IMG/VR virus record: IMGVR_UViG_3300047472_000155 | Span: 102,839 to 166,838 of that record | Strand: one strand, 5' to 3' | Source of the DNA: a virus | DNA length: 64,000 nucleotides | In this document: piece by piece, positions 1 to 10,132 of the stretch | How positions within the stretch are numbered: the stretch's first letter is position 1 | How the letters are laid out: every line of letters begins with the position of its first letter | The notes under the pieces: generated by a model | The model's database searches: none | Told to the model about the DNA's origin: nothing | What the model saw: only the letters and a program-made list of their open reading frames with translations | Position numbers and translations under genes: made by a program

Positions 1-2
1 AA

Positions 3-284
3 AAAGATAACACTACATTTGCTCTAATTGTTGACCCACTTGATATTGATCTCGATTCGACAAAAGAGATTCCAGATTATGGAGATTTATTTGAATTAGA
101 TGAGTTTATTGACATGTGTGAATCTGGAAGTCTTATTGATTATGATGGTTATGGAGATATTGTTTATAATAACAAGATTATTCATGAACTTATATCTCCA
201 TCTGATGTAGATATTTATAAAAATCAACTTGAAGACTTACAGGAAAAGCTTGGCAAAATACAGATTATGTGGTATAATAAGTAG
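3..284 (+). CDS. Hypothetical acidic phage protein (5' partial)
   Basis: Open frame from the window edge to TAG at 282-284 (...SLIDYDGYG...IMWYNK*), followed by a terminator. Confidence 0.7.
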   Translation, partial: KDNTTFALIVDPLDIDLDSTKEIPDYGDLFELDEFIDMCESGSLIDYDGYGDIVYNNKIIHELISPSDVDIYKNQLEDLQEKLGKIQIMWYNK

Positions 285-321
285 TATAAGGAGAGTGAAA
301 GATAAAATCATATTATAGAAT

Positions 322-348
322 TAGGGCGATAAGCCCTATATTTTTTTG
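322..348 (+). terminator. Intrinsic terminator
   Basis: TAGGGC-gataa-GCCCTA followed by a T7 run. Confidence 0.75.
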
Positions 349-398
349 ACAACCGGGTCTGAGCCAGTGACATTTGAAAAATAAATGATCATCAGCTA

Positions 399-427
399 TT
401 GACAAGTGGCAGATAAAATGATATAAT
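399..427 (+). promoter_or_regulatory. SigmaA-type promoter with conserved AGATAAAATGA spacer element
   Basis: TTGACA-N17-TATAAT, sequence TTGACAAGTGGCAGATAAAATGATATAAT. Confidence 0.9.
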
Positions 428-500
428 AAAGACCTAGCGACAAAGAATTAAGTAAGTGCTTTACAAATATAAGATAAAATTACATGGAGGTAATAACAAA

Positions 501-1601
501 ATGGCAAAAAAAGAAAAAGAAGTTAAACAATTGGTGCAAACAAAGTCAGCTTTCACGTTTAAAGGTATTGTTGACGGTATGGGCAATGAAAATGCTTGGA
601 GAGAAGATTCGATTGGCAAGGGGAAAAACAAGGGCAGATCTTATCGTGCAATTCGTTTCTTGCTTCAAACAAGCAAGTTCAATAAATTGTCAGTAGAATT
701 GTTTGGTATGGAACAAGAATTCGTTTATCCTTATAGCAAAGCAGAAAAGAAATCAATGAAGGTTCCATTTGCTAAACGCGACAATTTGCCTAAAGGTTAT
801 CACCTTATTGGTATCAATGTAGGTCTTGAACAAAATGATGGAGGCAAAAACATTCGTAAGAGCCTTGCAGATTATGATGCAGCAGAATATATTTGGGAAA
901 ATCTTAATGATGGTGATAGCGTAACGGTAAGTGGAGAAGTAACATTCTCAACATATGAAAATTCCGAAGGAGAACTTATTAATCAAACAAAATATGCTAT
1001 TAAGAACATTTATCGTGAAAAACAACCAATTGATTTTGATGTGGTGAATGAAGAAGGTGAAAGCACATTTGAAGAAGTGAATGCTTTTGAACAGGAAGTC
1101 GTATTTGTTGGATCGGAATTTGACAAAGATGAAGGTGCAGTATACGTCACAGGTTATACTATTCAATATGGTAATAAGTTTACACCAGCTAAGTTCGTTA
1201 TTCGTCCAGAAGGAAATAAGAACATCGAAAAGACCGCTAACGCATTTGTTAAGAAGATGAAAGGTGGAGACTTTGTAAAAGTATACGGTATTGCATTGAA
1301 TAAAGCAGAAACAATTGAAATCGACTCTTCGGAAGTAGAAGATAATGATGATGATATCTTTGGTGGCGAAAAGCCAAAGGGTCTTGGAAAGAGTGCAATT
1401 ACAAGCTACGTTAATGAATTGCGTATCACAGGTGCTGATGGTTCCACATACGAAAAAGGCTTGTATGATCTTGACACAGACTTTGTAATTGAAGAACTTG
1501 TAGAAGAAGAAAATATTAACTTCGGTAGTGATGAAGATGATGACGAGATTGACTTCGGAGGAAAGCCAGTTGATATTTCAGATGATGATCTTCCGTTCTG
1601 A
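501..1601 (+). CDS. Putative single-stranded DNA-binding protein (SPbeta YorF-like position)
   Basis: RBS GGAGG at 486-490; OB-fold-like segments (GDSVTVSGEV, GDFVKVYG); acidic tail ending DDDLPF typical of SSBs. Confidence 0.7.
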   Translation: MAKKEKEVKQLVQTKSAFTFKGIVDGMGNENAWREDSIGKGKNKGRSYRAIRFLLQTSKFNKLSVELFGMEQEFVYPYSKAEKKSMKVPFAKRDNLPKGYHLIGINVGLEQNDGGKNIRKSLADYDAAEYIWENLNDGDSVTVSGEVTFSTYENSEGELINQTKYAIKNIYREKQPIDFDVVNEEGESTFEEVNAFEQEVVFVGSEFDKDEGAVYVTGYTIQYGNKFTPAKFVIRPEGNKNIEKTANAFVKKMKGGDFVKVYGIALNKAETIEIDSSEVEDNDDDIFGGEKPKGLGKSAITSYVNELRITGADGSTYEKGLYDLDTDFVIEELVEEENINFGSDEDDDEIDFGGKPVDISDDDLPF

Positions 1602-1633
1602 TCTTAACAAGTACAATATAAAATGAAATGGTT

Positions 1634-1663
1634 GTGTGGAGAAACATATATGTTTCTCCACAC
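1634..1663. repeat. Perfect 30-bp palindrome
   Basis: GTGTGGAGAAACATA|TATGTTTCTCCACAC, intergenic. Confidence 0.9.
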
Positions 1664-1701
1664 TCATTAAAATGAAATAAATCGAGAGGATGTTTTAATA
1701 A

Positions 1702-2775
1702 ATGGCAATCAATCTTAAAGGATTAAAAGTAAATGTACCACAAATTGCACTGGAAGACTATTTTTGGGTAATCGCAGGTGTTCCAAAAGCAGGAAAAACA
1801 TCGCTTTTTGCGAATATTACAAAAGAATATTTCGGAGATATGTCAAAATCAATTCTTCTTGCATTTGAAAAAGGATATCAAGCATTGCAAGTTCAAGCGC
1901 AGGATGTTAATGATTGGTCTGACTTTGATGAAATCGTAGATCAGTTAATTGATGACAAAAAAGAATTGGGAATAGAGTTGATTGGCATTGACACAGCAGA
2001 TATTCTTTTTGAAATGGCTACAGCAGAAGTTATTCGAGAATGGAACACAAAAAATCCTAGCAAAAGAACTAAGGACATCGGTGGCGTTGGGGCAAAAGGA
2101 AAATCTGATCAAGGTTTTGGTGTAGGATATCAATTAGTAAGACAAAAAATTAGAGGTAATATTGACAAGCTTCAAAAAGCAGGATATGGAGTTATGGTGC
2201 TTACTCACTCTAAAGATAAAAAAATAGAACAAAAAGATGGATTAGAGTATGATCAATTAAATGTATCGCTTCCATCGTCAGCTAGAGAAATTTTTATCAA
2301 TATGGCTGATTTCATTGTATTCATCACAATTGAAAAAGAAAAAGTTGACGATGAAATTCTGACTAAACGCTACATGTATTTCCGTTCAGATGGATTCGTT
2401 GAAGCAGGAAGTAGATTTAAAAATGTTCCTTTGAGAATTGAATATGATACAAAAGAGTTTTTGAATGTATTCAAACATGCAGTTCAATCAGAGTTTGATG
2501 CAGGAGTAAGTCTTGAACAAATCAAGGAAGAACAGGCAGCACGAAAAGAAAAGGCAGCAGAAGCTTTCATTCAAGAACAAAAATCACTTGACACTCCAGA
2601 AGATTTAATTGCTGTTCTTGACAATAAGATTAAAGGATTGACTGATGAACAAAAAACCGAAGGTAAAATTAGTGAGAAATTTAAGAAGGTGCTTGGTGGC
2701 ACAAACAATTACAAAAAAGTCGATGATATTGAACTTTTGAAAAAATGTATTGACATCGTAGACAAGTTGGTGTAA
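1702..2775 (+). CDS. AAA/P-loop ATPase (Sak4/AAA_24-like, SPbeta YorG-like)
   Basis: Walker A GVPKAGKT, Walker B IGIDT, LTHSK and AGSRF motifs; follows the SSB gene. Confidence 0.8.
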   Translation: MAINLKGLKVNVPQIALEDYFWVIAGVPKAGKTSLFANITKEYFGDMSKSILLAFEKGYQALQVQAQDVNDWSDFDEIVDQLIDDKKELGIELIGIDTADILFEMATAEVIREWNTKNPSKRTKDIGGVGAKGKSDQGFGVGYQLVRQKIRGNIDKLQKAGYGVMVLTHSKDKKIEQKDGLEYDQLNVSLPSSAREIFINMADFIVFITIEKEKVDDEILTKRYMYFRSDGFVEAGSRFKNVPLRIEYDTKEFLNVFKHAVQSEFDAGVSLEQIKEEQAARKEKAAEAFIQEQKSLDTPEDLIAVLDNKIKGLTDEQKTEGKISEKFKKVLGGTNNYKKVDDIELLKKCIDIVDKLV

Positions 2776-2868
2776 TATGGTAAGAGTGGTTGTACGAATG
2801 AAAGATAAAATGAAATTTATCCGGTAATTTGTATGACCACAAATCCTATAGATGTGAGAGGTAGCTAG

Positions 2869-3678
2869 ATGAATACTAAGAACGTAGTTATTGCAGGAAT
2901 CGTTGCTCTATCGGTAGTGTTGGGAGGTTGTTCTACACTAGCGGAAGCAAGGAAAGGCAGTAATGAAGTTGCTAAAGTTCCTACTTTAAGTGCTGACGTA
3001 CCATTTAAAGTAGAACTACCTTTTTTGTACAGTCAAAAACCTTTTTCGTTAGATGAAGTATATGTAACGAAATCAACTTTGACAAAAGATGTGCAAAAAA
3101 AAGGAGTGCAAGAATCTCCTAAAGTGACTTCTGCCAAGGAAATATTTGAACAACTACCCAAACAAAAAGTTGTCGTTCAAGAGGTATCCGTGGTTGAGGA
3201 TGATGGTTTCAAGTATTATGATAACATTCCTTTGGACAAGGAATTACAAAGAAAGATTTCAAAATTTGCTGAGAAGAAGGGGATTGAAGTAACCCTTGAG
3301 TATGCGTTAATGGCACAAGAGAGCCACTTTGATCCAAAATTAATAAGCCCTACTCATGATCATGGAATTTCTCAGATCAATCGTGGTAATTTCAAATGGA
3401 TCACAAAAGATTTAGAAGATGAATATGGTATTGATTTTACGTGGTCAAATCCATATGAAAATGCTGTGGCAAGTATTCACTATTTGGCATTAATCAAGGA
3501 ATCGTGGGAAGGTAAGGTAAGTAATAAAAATTTAATTCCAACAATCTTGCTTTCGTATAACATGGGAACTGGTAATGCGAACAAGTATTTGAAGAGTCAT
3601 AGTGCAAATGATTGGAAGTATGTTCAAAAAGTTTTGAACTATAAATCTATGATTGAAAGAGGGGAAAAGGTTGAGTAG
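2869..3678 (+). CDS. Lytic transglycosylase (SLT domain) lipoprotein
   Basis: Signal peptide with lipobox-like LGGC; ALMAQESHF (catalytic Glu), GISQI, NPYENA, SYNMG, YVQKVL. Confidence 0.8.
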   Translation: MNTKNVVIAGIVALSVVLGGCSTLAEARKGSNEVAKVPTLSADVPFKVELPFLYSQKPFSLDEVYVTKSTLTKDVQKKGVQESPKVTSAKEIFEQLPKQKVVVQEVSVVEDDGFKYYDNIPLDKELQRKISKFAEKKGIEVTLEYALMAQESHFDPKLISPTHDHGISQINRGNFKWITKDLEDEYGIDFTWSNPYENAVASIHYLALIKESWEGKVSNKNLIPTILLSYNMGTGNANKYLKSHSANDWKYVQKVLNYKSMIERGEKVE

Positions 3679-4228
3679 AGTAGGAGAATTAATAACAATT
3701 AAAGAAGATTCATTTGATGATATAAAAAAATGTTATAGATTTGAAAAATGGAGCGATAAATTGCAATTTTTAACAAAAAAATCAAAGTTTGAAATTAAAA
3801 AGCACTACGGAGAAGATGATGTTATTGTATATAATTTCGAAGTTTCTTCTGTGGATTATCCCGAAGTTGTAATTGCTCTTAAAGGCATGGAAATAAATGA
3901 TCTTTTAAATCAAGATGAAGTTAGCACTTATGAGCAAAAAGGCAAGGAACTTGGTGCGCTTGTTGATCGTAAACAAGCCGCATACGGTAACGCGATAACT
4001 CAAACTTACGAAGTTGTCAAAGCTTTTATGACTCCATACTACAATGAAGATGATAAGACTTACACAATTCCTCAAAGCCTATTACAACACCTTTTGTTGC
4101 AAGTACGGATAATCGACAAACAAAATCGAATTTTCAATAATCCCGATTTTGACCTTATGGACGAAAGTCCGTATTCTGATCTTGGTGGTTACGGCTTACT
4201 TGGTAGCAATATGGTTATTGACAAATAG
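3671..4228 (+). CDS. Protein with C-terminal nucleotide-modification-associated (Nmad1/DUF1599-like) domain
   Basis: RKQAAYGNA...RIIDKQNRI...ESPYSDLGGYGLL pattern; TTG start inferred. Confidence 0.55.
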   Translation: MSRVGELITIKEDSFDDIKKCYRFEKWSDKLQFLTKKSKFEIKKHYGEDDVIVYNFEVSSVDYPEVVIALKGMEINDLLNQDEVSTYEQKGKELGALVDRKQAAYGNAITQTYEVVKAFMTPYYNEDDKTYTIPQSLLQHLLLQVRIIDKQNRIFNNPDFDLMDESPYSDLGGYGLLGSNMVIDK

Positions 4229-4254
4229 AATATAAAATGAAATTGCACACATTT

Positions 4255-4298
4255 GATGCCTACTATTCGTAAATACTGATAGTAGGCATTGCTTTTTA
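4255..4298 (+). terminator. Intrinsic terminator
   Basis: ATGCCTACTATT/GATAGTAGGCAT stem followed by GCTTTTT. Confidence 0.7.
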
Positions 4299-4301
4299 TC
4301 C

Positions 4302-4330
4302 TTGACAAATGAAAGATAAAGTGATATACT
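4302..4330 (+). promoter_or_regulatory. SigmaA-type promoter with conserved spacer element
   Basis: TTGACAAATGAAAGATAAAGTGATATACT. Confidence 0.85.
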
Positions 4331-4372
4331 ATATACATTAAGAGCCGGATAGAAATTACAGGGAGGTAATAA

Positions 4373-4681
4373 ATGGATAAACCATCTTTTATTGTAGGAG
4401 AACCATATTTAGATTATTTTGATGTTATGAAATATTTACAAGAAAAATACGAGTTCACGCATAGCGAAAAAAGACATTTTTGGAAATGGATTTTAGATGA
4501 TTCAATGAATGATGTTCATAATGGATGTTTTATTTATCTTCCCATATATAATTTTCATGAAAGATATTACATTCAAGACATTGAAAAATTTAACGATGAT
4601 CATCCAATTGTTGTTGAAATTATCAACATGTTATGGAACGAATATGGCAAAGAAGATTTGAAGTTTTATGTGTCTTGGTAA
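4373..4681 (+). CDS. Hypothetical protein
   Basis: ORF with GGAGG RBS. Confidence 0.75.
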   Translation: MDKPSFIVGEPYLDYFDVMKYLQEKYEFTHSEKRHFWKWILDDSMNDVHNGCFIYLPIYNFHERYYIQDIEKFNDDHPIVVEIINMLWNEYGKEDLKFYVSW

Positions 4682-4708
4682 ATTAAAGTATGCGAAGGAG
4701 ACATTAAA

Positions 4709-4915
4709 ATGGAAGAATACATTGAATTATGGACTTGTCATAATGGAATTCAATTATTGAGTAATAAAAAATTCTTTTGGGCAACTGATAAAAAAGGTAA
4801 TGAATGTAAGTTTCCTGTTGAGGTTCAAAAAGAATTTGTAGAAAAGTTTACTGACAATTATCACATTAATCCTAAAGGTGTAAAAGAGATTTGTGACTAT
4901 ACGAATGTAAGATAA
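4709..4915 (+). CDS. Hypothetical protein
   Basis: ORF with AAGGAG RBS. Confidence 0.7.
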   Translation: MEEYIELWTCHNGIQLLSNKKFFWATDKKGNECKFPVEVQKEFVEKFTDNYHINPKGVKEICDYTNVR

Positions 4916-4936
4916 AATAAAAAAGGAGATGTAATT

Positions 4937-5281
4937 GTGCGAAACACCAAACTGTTTATTGGTTCAAAGATTGAACAACCAAGAAATATTTATCTTCTTG
5001 ACATTAAATTGATGCATGGTGATGCAGACGTTTATACGCATTTAGAACTTAAGTTTAAAGATGTAGAGAAAAATGAGTTGATTGCCACTATTGATGTCTT
5101 GAGCCAGTTGATTCCATGGGATTACGAACGATATCATAAAATACAGGGTTTCTCAGAACTTCTTTCCGATGATTGGAATTCAGATGTAACTTGTGATGAA
5201 TTTCTTGCATCGTATGATAGACACGAATTATATTATTTCAACCAAGATGGTGAAAAGTTTAATGTTAAGGTAGTAAATTAG
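4937..5281 (+). CDS. Hypothetical protein
   Basis: ORF with AAGGAG RBS, GTG start. Confidence 0.75.
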   Translation: MRNTKLFIGSKIEQPRNIYLLDIKLMHGDADVYTHLELKFKDVEKNELIATIDVLSQLIPWDYERYHKIQGFSELLSDDWNSDVTCDEFLASYDRHELYYFNQDGEKFNVKVVN

Positions 5282-5298
5282 AAGGGGAATAAAAAAAC

Positions 5299-5529
5299 AT
5301 GTATGAAAAATTTCATCATGGCGGTGGTCATCATGGCAGAACACATGATGCAACCAAATTAGCACCCATAATGCTTAAACGTCCTAAGTCAAAAACACGT
5401 AAATATCCTATTGCTCAACATGGTAACATTAATATGTTTTGCGGTGATACCGCTAAAAAGTTAGCCAAACAAAGACACAAAAAGAAGTCAAGGAGCTACA
5501 ATAAGAAAATGTGCGAACAAACAAACTAG
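5299..5529 (+). CDS. Small basic hypothetical protein
   Basis: K/R/H-rich ORF with RBS. Confidence 0.65.
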   Translation: MYEKFHHGGGHHGRTHDATKLAPIMLKRPKSKTRKYPIAQHGNINMFCGDTAKKLAKQRHKKKSRSYNKKMCEQTN

Positions 5530-5541
5530 GAGGAACTAAAA

Positions 5542-5748
5542 TTGGACAATGTAGAAATTGATGATGAAATCATTATTACAAATGCTGGATTGACTTTGGG
5601 AGACTATAACAATGGTCAGGTCATGATTGTAAAATCAGTAGATAAATATGGTGTAATTGTTTATCCCTATAGTGATGATGAAGGTGATGTTACATTTATT
5701 AGTCATGATGAATATGAAATTACAAAAAAAGAAAATAAAATTAAATAG
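5542..5748 (+). CDS. Hypothetical protein
   Basis: GGAGG RBS, TTG start. Confidence 0.7.
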   Translation: MDNVEIDDEIIITNAGLTLGDYNNGQVMIVKSVDKYGVIVYPYSDDEGDVTFISHDEYEITKKENKIK

Positions 5749-5762
5749 GAGAGTGGAAGGAA

Positions 5763-7262
5763 ATGGCAACTGCAACAATTGATATGGTTGGAGTTTCCTT
5801 CCTTCGAGATGGGGCAAATGGTTGGTATACTGATGCAATAATTTGTCTTTGCTCATGTGGAAGAAGATTCAATTCAACCAAAGATAAAAAAGAGTCATTA
5901 ACATGTGAATGTGGAAATAAATATTTTAAATTAATAAGTCGTCCATCGAAAAATGTCAAAACAAATATAGGCGGTATTTTTGAATGCACTGAAAGTACAA
6001 ACAACTCTTTCAAGATCAAGAAAACGGAATTGATCGCAAATATTGTTGTTGATGAAGAAAAAAGCAGTTATTATCGTAAAGCGGATGACTTTGCAGTAAC
6101 ATTTTCTACCGCGAAAGAGTACACATTAGACTACTCTCTTAGAGATAAGAGATATGATGTATATTGTGGAGATAAATTGCTTGAAAAAGATGGCAAAGAT
6201 AAAGATTTGTTTTTTAGAGGAAAGATTGATAAAAATGAATTGTTGGATTGTATTGACAATGAAGCATTGAAATATATTCTTAAATTTGCATTTGATTATC
6301 TTGGCAAAGTAAGAGATCAAAAAATAAAAAAATGGTCAATAGCACTTGAAAGACTATTCAAAAATCCTTATATTGAATTGCTCAATAATTGTGGACTAGG
6401 AAGACATTTGGGCTATATTTACCAAAGATACAATTATTACGGAAATTTAAAAATGATTGAAGGTTTTACCAAGCCTCATGAATTCTTTCAAGTTCCCAAA
6501 TATATGATGAAATATATAAAAGAAATACAAAGTGTAAGTGATCAAATGCTAAATGCTTTTAGAAATTTTGATAAAACATTTGATAGCAATAAATTCCAAG
6601 TTATTATGCAAATTTTCAAAGAGGAAAGCACTCTTGATATTTTGTATAATAATAGTTCAATTATAACTGAATTGTATTCAAAATATGGATACAAAGACAT
6701 CAAAAAGCTTGCCATATATGTAACTAGAGATGCAAAGCTTCAACAAGGTATTATGCGTCCAACAGAAGCACTTACACTTCTTAGAGACTATGCTAAAATG
6801 TCTACCAATATGGAAATTCCTTATGATAAATTTCCAAAGTCTCTTAAGAAGGAACATGATGTCACTGCAATGAACTATAAAGTAGTAGAAAATGAAATGA
6901 AGAATAAGGAGTTTAGCCAGGCAATAGGGCTTTATGAGTCATTAGCATATACAACTAAGAAAGATTTATACGAAATAATTCTTCCAACTTCCGCATCAGA
7001 TTTAGTTAAAGAAGGAAGTGCTTTAAATCATTGTATAGCCTCATATGTTGACAACGTAATCGCAGGATCATGTCAAATCGTATTTTTAAGATGGAAAGAA
7101 GATATTGATAAACCATTCATATCTATTGAGATAAGAGATGGGAATATCCGTCAAGCACGTGGTCAATCGAATAAAAGCATAACTAATGAATATTATGAAG
7201 AACCACATGAATTTTTTGTCAAGTGGGCTGAAAAGAATGAGTTGCAAATAAATCTTTGGTGA
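5763..7262 (+). CDS. PcfJ-like domain protein with N-terminal Cys cluster
   Basis: C-terminal DYAKM...PKSLKKEHD...DLVKEGSALNHCIASY...IRQARGQSN. Confidence 0.8.
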   Translation: MATATIDMVGVSFLRDGANGWYTDAIICLCSCGRRFNSTKDKKESLTCECGNKYFKLISRPSKNVKTNIGGIFECTESTNNSFKIKKTELIANIVVDEEKSSYYRKADDFAVTFSTAKEYTLDYSLRDKRYDVYCGDKLLEKDGKDKDLFFRGKIDKNELLDCIDNEALKYILKFAFDYLGKVRDQKIKKWSIALERLFKNPYIELLNNCGLGRHLGYIYQRYNYYGNLKMIEGFTKPHEFFQVPKYMMKYIKEIQSVSDQMLNAFRNFDKTFDSNKFQVIMQIFKEESTLDILYNNSSIITELYSKYGYKDIKKLAIYVTRDAKLQQGIMRPTEALTLLRDYAKMSTNMEIPYDKFPKSLKKEHDVTAMNYKVVENEMKNKEFSQAIGLYESLAYTTKKDLYEIILPTSASDLVKEGSALNHCIASYVDNVIAGSCQIVFLRWKEDIDKPFISIEIRDGNIRQARGQSNKSITNEYYEEPHEFFVKWAEKNELQINLW

Positions 7263-7294
7263 CAAATGCAAGATAAAATGAAAGGCGGTTTAGT

Positions 7295-8437
7295 ATGACA
7301 TCATGGAATTTCACAAACAATACAAATACAAGAGCTATAAGTGGCTATGAGGATGTGTTGGATGAATTAAAGACATTTACAAAAGACGAATACACCAATG
7401 AAAATACTACAAATGAAAGAAAAAATGAAATGATTGAAGATGTTTTTGCTATTTATCGTGGCAAAAACATCTTCCCTATCACGTATTATAATGAGGATGG
7501 TATTAATGATGAAATTAAAAAGTGCATTGAGAAAGACGTTTCGTTTGATGGTAAAGTTCTTGATCTTAAGTTCAATCAAGGTCAAAGTCTTTGTCGTTAT
7601 CTATTCTCCAATCTTGCTGTAGTTGATGCTAAGATCGCAAACAATAGTATGTGGGATAGGTTTTATGATGACCACAAACTTAAACGTGCTATTGATTTCT
7701 CATTGAGATTTAAGAAATCAGTTACTCCAACAGAGATTCGCACAAGCCTTGAGATGATTGGTGGTAACGTAGCTACTAACTTCAAGACAATGAATGCTAA
7801 GGCATTGTATGAGAAGTATGTGCCTAAAGGTGGTACAATCTATGACTTCTCAGCGGGATTTGGTGGACGTATGCTTGCGGCATTAACATCTAAGAATAAC
7901 TACAAGTATCTTGGTGTTGAACCTTGTGTAGAGACTTATAATAATTTACTTCAATTAGGAGAACATATTGACAATGTTGTTGGAATAGAAGTAGATCATA
8001 ATATGATAGGCAAATCACGTTGGAAGGTCTTCTGTCAAGGTAGTGAAGATTATCGACATAAGGCTGGTAACTTTGTAGACTTTGCCTTTAGTAGTCCGCC
8101 ATATTTCAATCTTGAGAAGTATTCGGATGAAGACACACAATGTTACAATAAGTTCCCTACACTTGACGAATGGTTCCAAGGTTATGTCCGTCAAACTATT
8201 AAGAATATTTACTTTATGCTCAAACCAAATGCCCATTATGCTGTTAATATTGCAGACTTCAATATTGGCAAAGATAAAGTTGAATTCGTTGACAAGTGGA
8301 TTCAACTCTCCGTTGAAGAGGGTTTTGAACCATGTGAGAAGATTGACATGAAATTGCAAAAAAGAGTTGGCACAGGGCATGATAATATCAAACAAGAGGG
8401 AATCTTTGTTTTTAAGAAAATCGCAAAGGAGTCCTGA
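7295..8437 (+). CDS. Orphan DNA amino-methyltransferase (N4-C or N6-A)
   Basis: Motif I YDFSAGFGGR precedes catalytic FSSPPYF. Confidence 0.85.
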   Translation: MTSWNFTNNTNTRAISGYEDVLDELKTFTKDEYTNENTTNERKNEMIEDVFAIYRGKNIFPITYYNEDGINDEIKKCIEKDVSFDGKVLDLKFNQGQSLCRYLFSNLAVVDAKIANNSMWDRFYDDHKLKRAIDFSLRFKKSVTPTEIRTSLEMIGGNVATNFKTMNAKALYEKYVPKGGTIYDFSAGFGGRMLAALTSKNNYKYLGVEPCVETYNNLLQLGEHIDNVVGIEVDHNMIGKSRWKVFCQGSEDYRHKAGNFVDFAFSSPPYFNLEKYSDEDTQCYNKFPTLDEWFQGYVRQTIKNIYFMLKPNAHYAVNIADFNIGKDKVEFVDKWIQLSVEEGFEPCEKIDMKLQKRVGTGHDNIKQEGIFVFKKIAKES

Positions 8438-8438
8438 T

Positions 8439-8705
8439 ATGCTTGAGTATAGAGTATATGTAAAGGTTTCTGAGAATTGTGATATACGATTCAAAAATGA
8501 CTTAGAGAAACTATTTGAAGAAAAGGGTGGAAGACCTTATATTGTTGGTGTTGGCAATGTTACTCCTTCAACTTTAGACAAAGCAACGATGAAATATAAG
8601 GTTAGATATCCTAATCTCGAATATGGATATCTAAATTTCAATAATTTTAATAAATTTTTTGAATTTACAAAAGATGAAATGGAGGGTTCGAATGGATACT
8701 TTTGA
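8439..8705 (+). CDS. Hypothetical protein
   Basis: AAGGAG RBS; start moved to ATG 8439. Confidence 0.65.
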   Translation: MLEYRVYVKVSENCDIRFKNDLEKLFEEKGGRPYIVGVGNVTPSTLDKATMKYKVRYPNLEYGYLNFNNFNKFFEFTKDEMEGSNGYF

Positions 8706-8874
8706 AGAATTTATTGGAAAAACAGTTAAAGATATTGTCAAAGAAAATGATTCATTTATTACAATTAAATTTACTGACGAAAGTAGTATTAGCATTGGTG
8801 TTGATAGTGTAAATATAAGTTGTTGGTGTCATCCTGAATACGAATACTATCTTGACATTGAAACTCATTTGTGA
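8692..8874 (+). CDS. Hypothetical protein
   Basis: GGAGG RBS; start moved to ATG 8692. Confidence 0.65.
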   Translation: MDTFEEFIGKTVKDIVKENDSFITIKFTDESSISIGVDSVNISCWCHPEYEYYLDIETHL

Positions 8875-8901
8875 TAAAATTCCATTAGGAGGCGATTGCA
8901 T

Positions 8902-9096
8902 ATGAGTGACATCAAAACCTTGAAAGAAATAGCCGAATATAATAGAGAATTGTACCGCGCAGGACATATTTCACGTGAAGAAGCAAAAAATAAGATTGAG
9001 CCTTACCTTGAAGAGTGTAACAATAAGGCAAGAGAATTAGCCAAAAAATTCAATCAAAAGCCTAAAAAAATGGAATTCATATCATATGTGAGATAA
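8902..9096 (+). CDS. Hypothetical protein
   Basis: AGGAGG RBS. Confidence 0.7.
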   Translation: MSDIKTLKEIAEYNRELYRAGHISREEAKNKIEPYLEECNNKARELAKKFNQKPKKMEFISYVR

Positions 9097-9114
9097 CAAT
9101 TGGAGGGCATTATA

Positions 9115-9354
9115 TTGGCTAGAGTTTACTTAAAAAACAGTTGGGAACTAAAGCAAAATCTTACAAAAAAGAAAAACGTGAAATTTGACTTGTCAGATGG
9201 ACATGGAATTATAGTCTTTATACGAGGCAAGGTTAAGGTCACAATCATACCGAATGGGGAAAGTCCAACAATATTTGGTGGAACTTTTTCCGATTTAGAT
9301 AAACTTCTAAATAAATTCGAAAATCCAGAACTTTATATTGATGATGATGAATAG
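9115..9354 (+). CDS. Hypothetical protein
   Basis: GGAGG RBS before TTG 9115. Confidence 0.6.
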   Translation: MARVYLKNSWELKQNLTKKKNVKFDLSDGHGIIVFIRGKVKVTIIPNGESPTIFGGTFSDLDKLLNKFENPELYIDDDE

Positions 9355-9388
9355 TCATCATCAATATAGGTATAAAATAAAATGAAAG

Positions 9389-9859
9389 GTGGAGATTGAT
9401 ATTAGTAATTCAGATGAAAAAGATGTTGATTTAATAGCACTTCCGAAAGACGATATCAACAAGCGTGTCGATATTCTGGAATTCGCTCTTAATAAAGAGC
9501 GTAAAATTCAAGTTTTAGGGAAAATTAAAAAGGATTTAAAAGACTTCTTTGATAAACACGCTGATAAATTCGAAGAACTTGAATTACCATTGCCTACATC
9601 TATTGAGATAGAATACTGTAGAGATAGTGAATTTGTCAATGTAGAAGACTTTATTCTTTATGATTCGGAAGATAGAAGCATTGATTATGACGAATATGCA
9701 TACATCCGTATAGATATTGATGATGAATATTCAGAAGATATTTGTGACGCAATTAGAGAGTGTATTTATGATTCTGTTGATACTGAATATTTAGTTAATT
9801 ATACTTCATGGGAAGGTTACAGAATTGTTTTTGGCGATACTTACAATCAATCAATTTAA
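9389..9859 (+). CDS. Acidic hypothetical protein
   Basis: 156-aa ORF in operon; start uncertain. Confidence 0.7.
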   Translation: MEIDISNSDEKDVDLIALPKDDINKRVDILEFALNKERKIQVLGKIKKDLKDFFDKHADKFEELELPLPTSIEIEYCRDSEFVNVEDFILYDSEDRSIDYDEYAYIRIDIDDEYSEDICDAIRECIYDSVDTEYLVNYTSWEGYRIVFGDTYNQSI

Positions 9860-9865
9860 AGGGAG

Positions 9866-10132
9866 ATGATTTTGTTGAAAGTGAATGATACAAGAACAAC
9901 AAAGTTAAATCAGATTATGGTAGGAGATTTTCTTGTTTCCGATGACAATGAGTTGTTTGTGATAGCTGACATATCTCAGCGTTCAGGATATCAATATGGC
10001 TATATTAATATTAGAAACCTTATTCTTGAAGATGCTGAAGATACTATGGAAGAACTTTTAGAATCGTTTGAAAACAGATACTTTTTAAAAGAGATTATTT
10101 CTCAAGATAGAATGTCAATAAATATCTCTTGA
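9866..10132 (+). CDS. Hypothetical protein
   Basis: ORF in operon. Confidence 0.65.
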   Translation: MILLKVNDTRTTKLNQIMVGDFLVSDDNELFVIADISQRSGYQYGYINIRNLILEDAEDTMEELLESFENRYFLKEIISQDRMSINIS

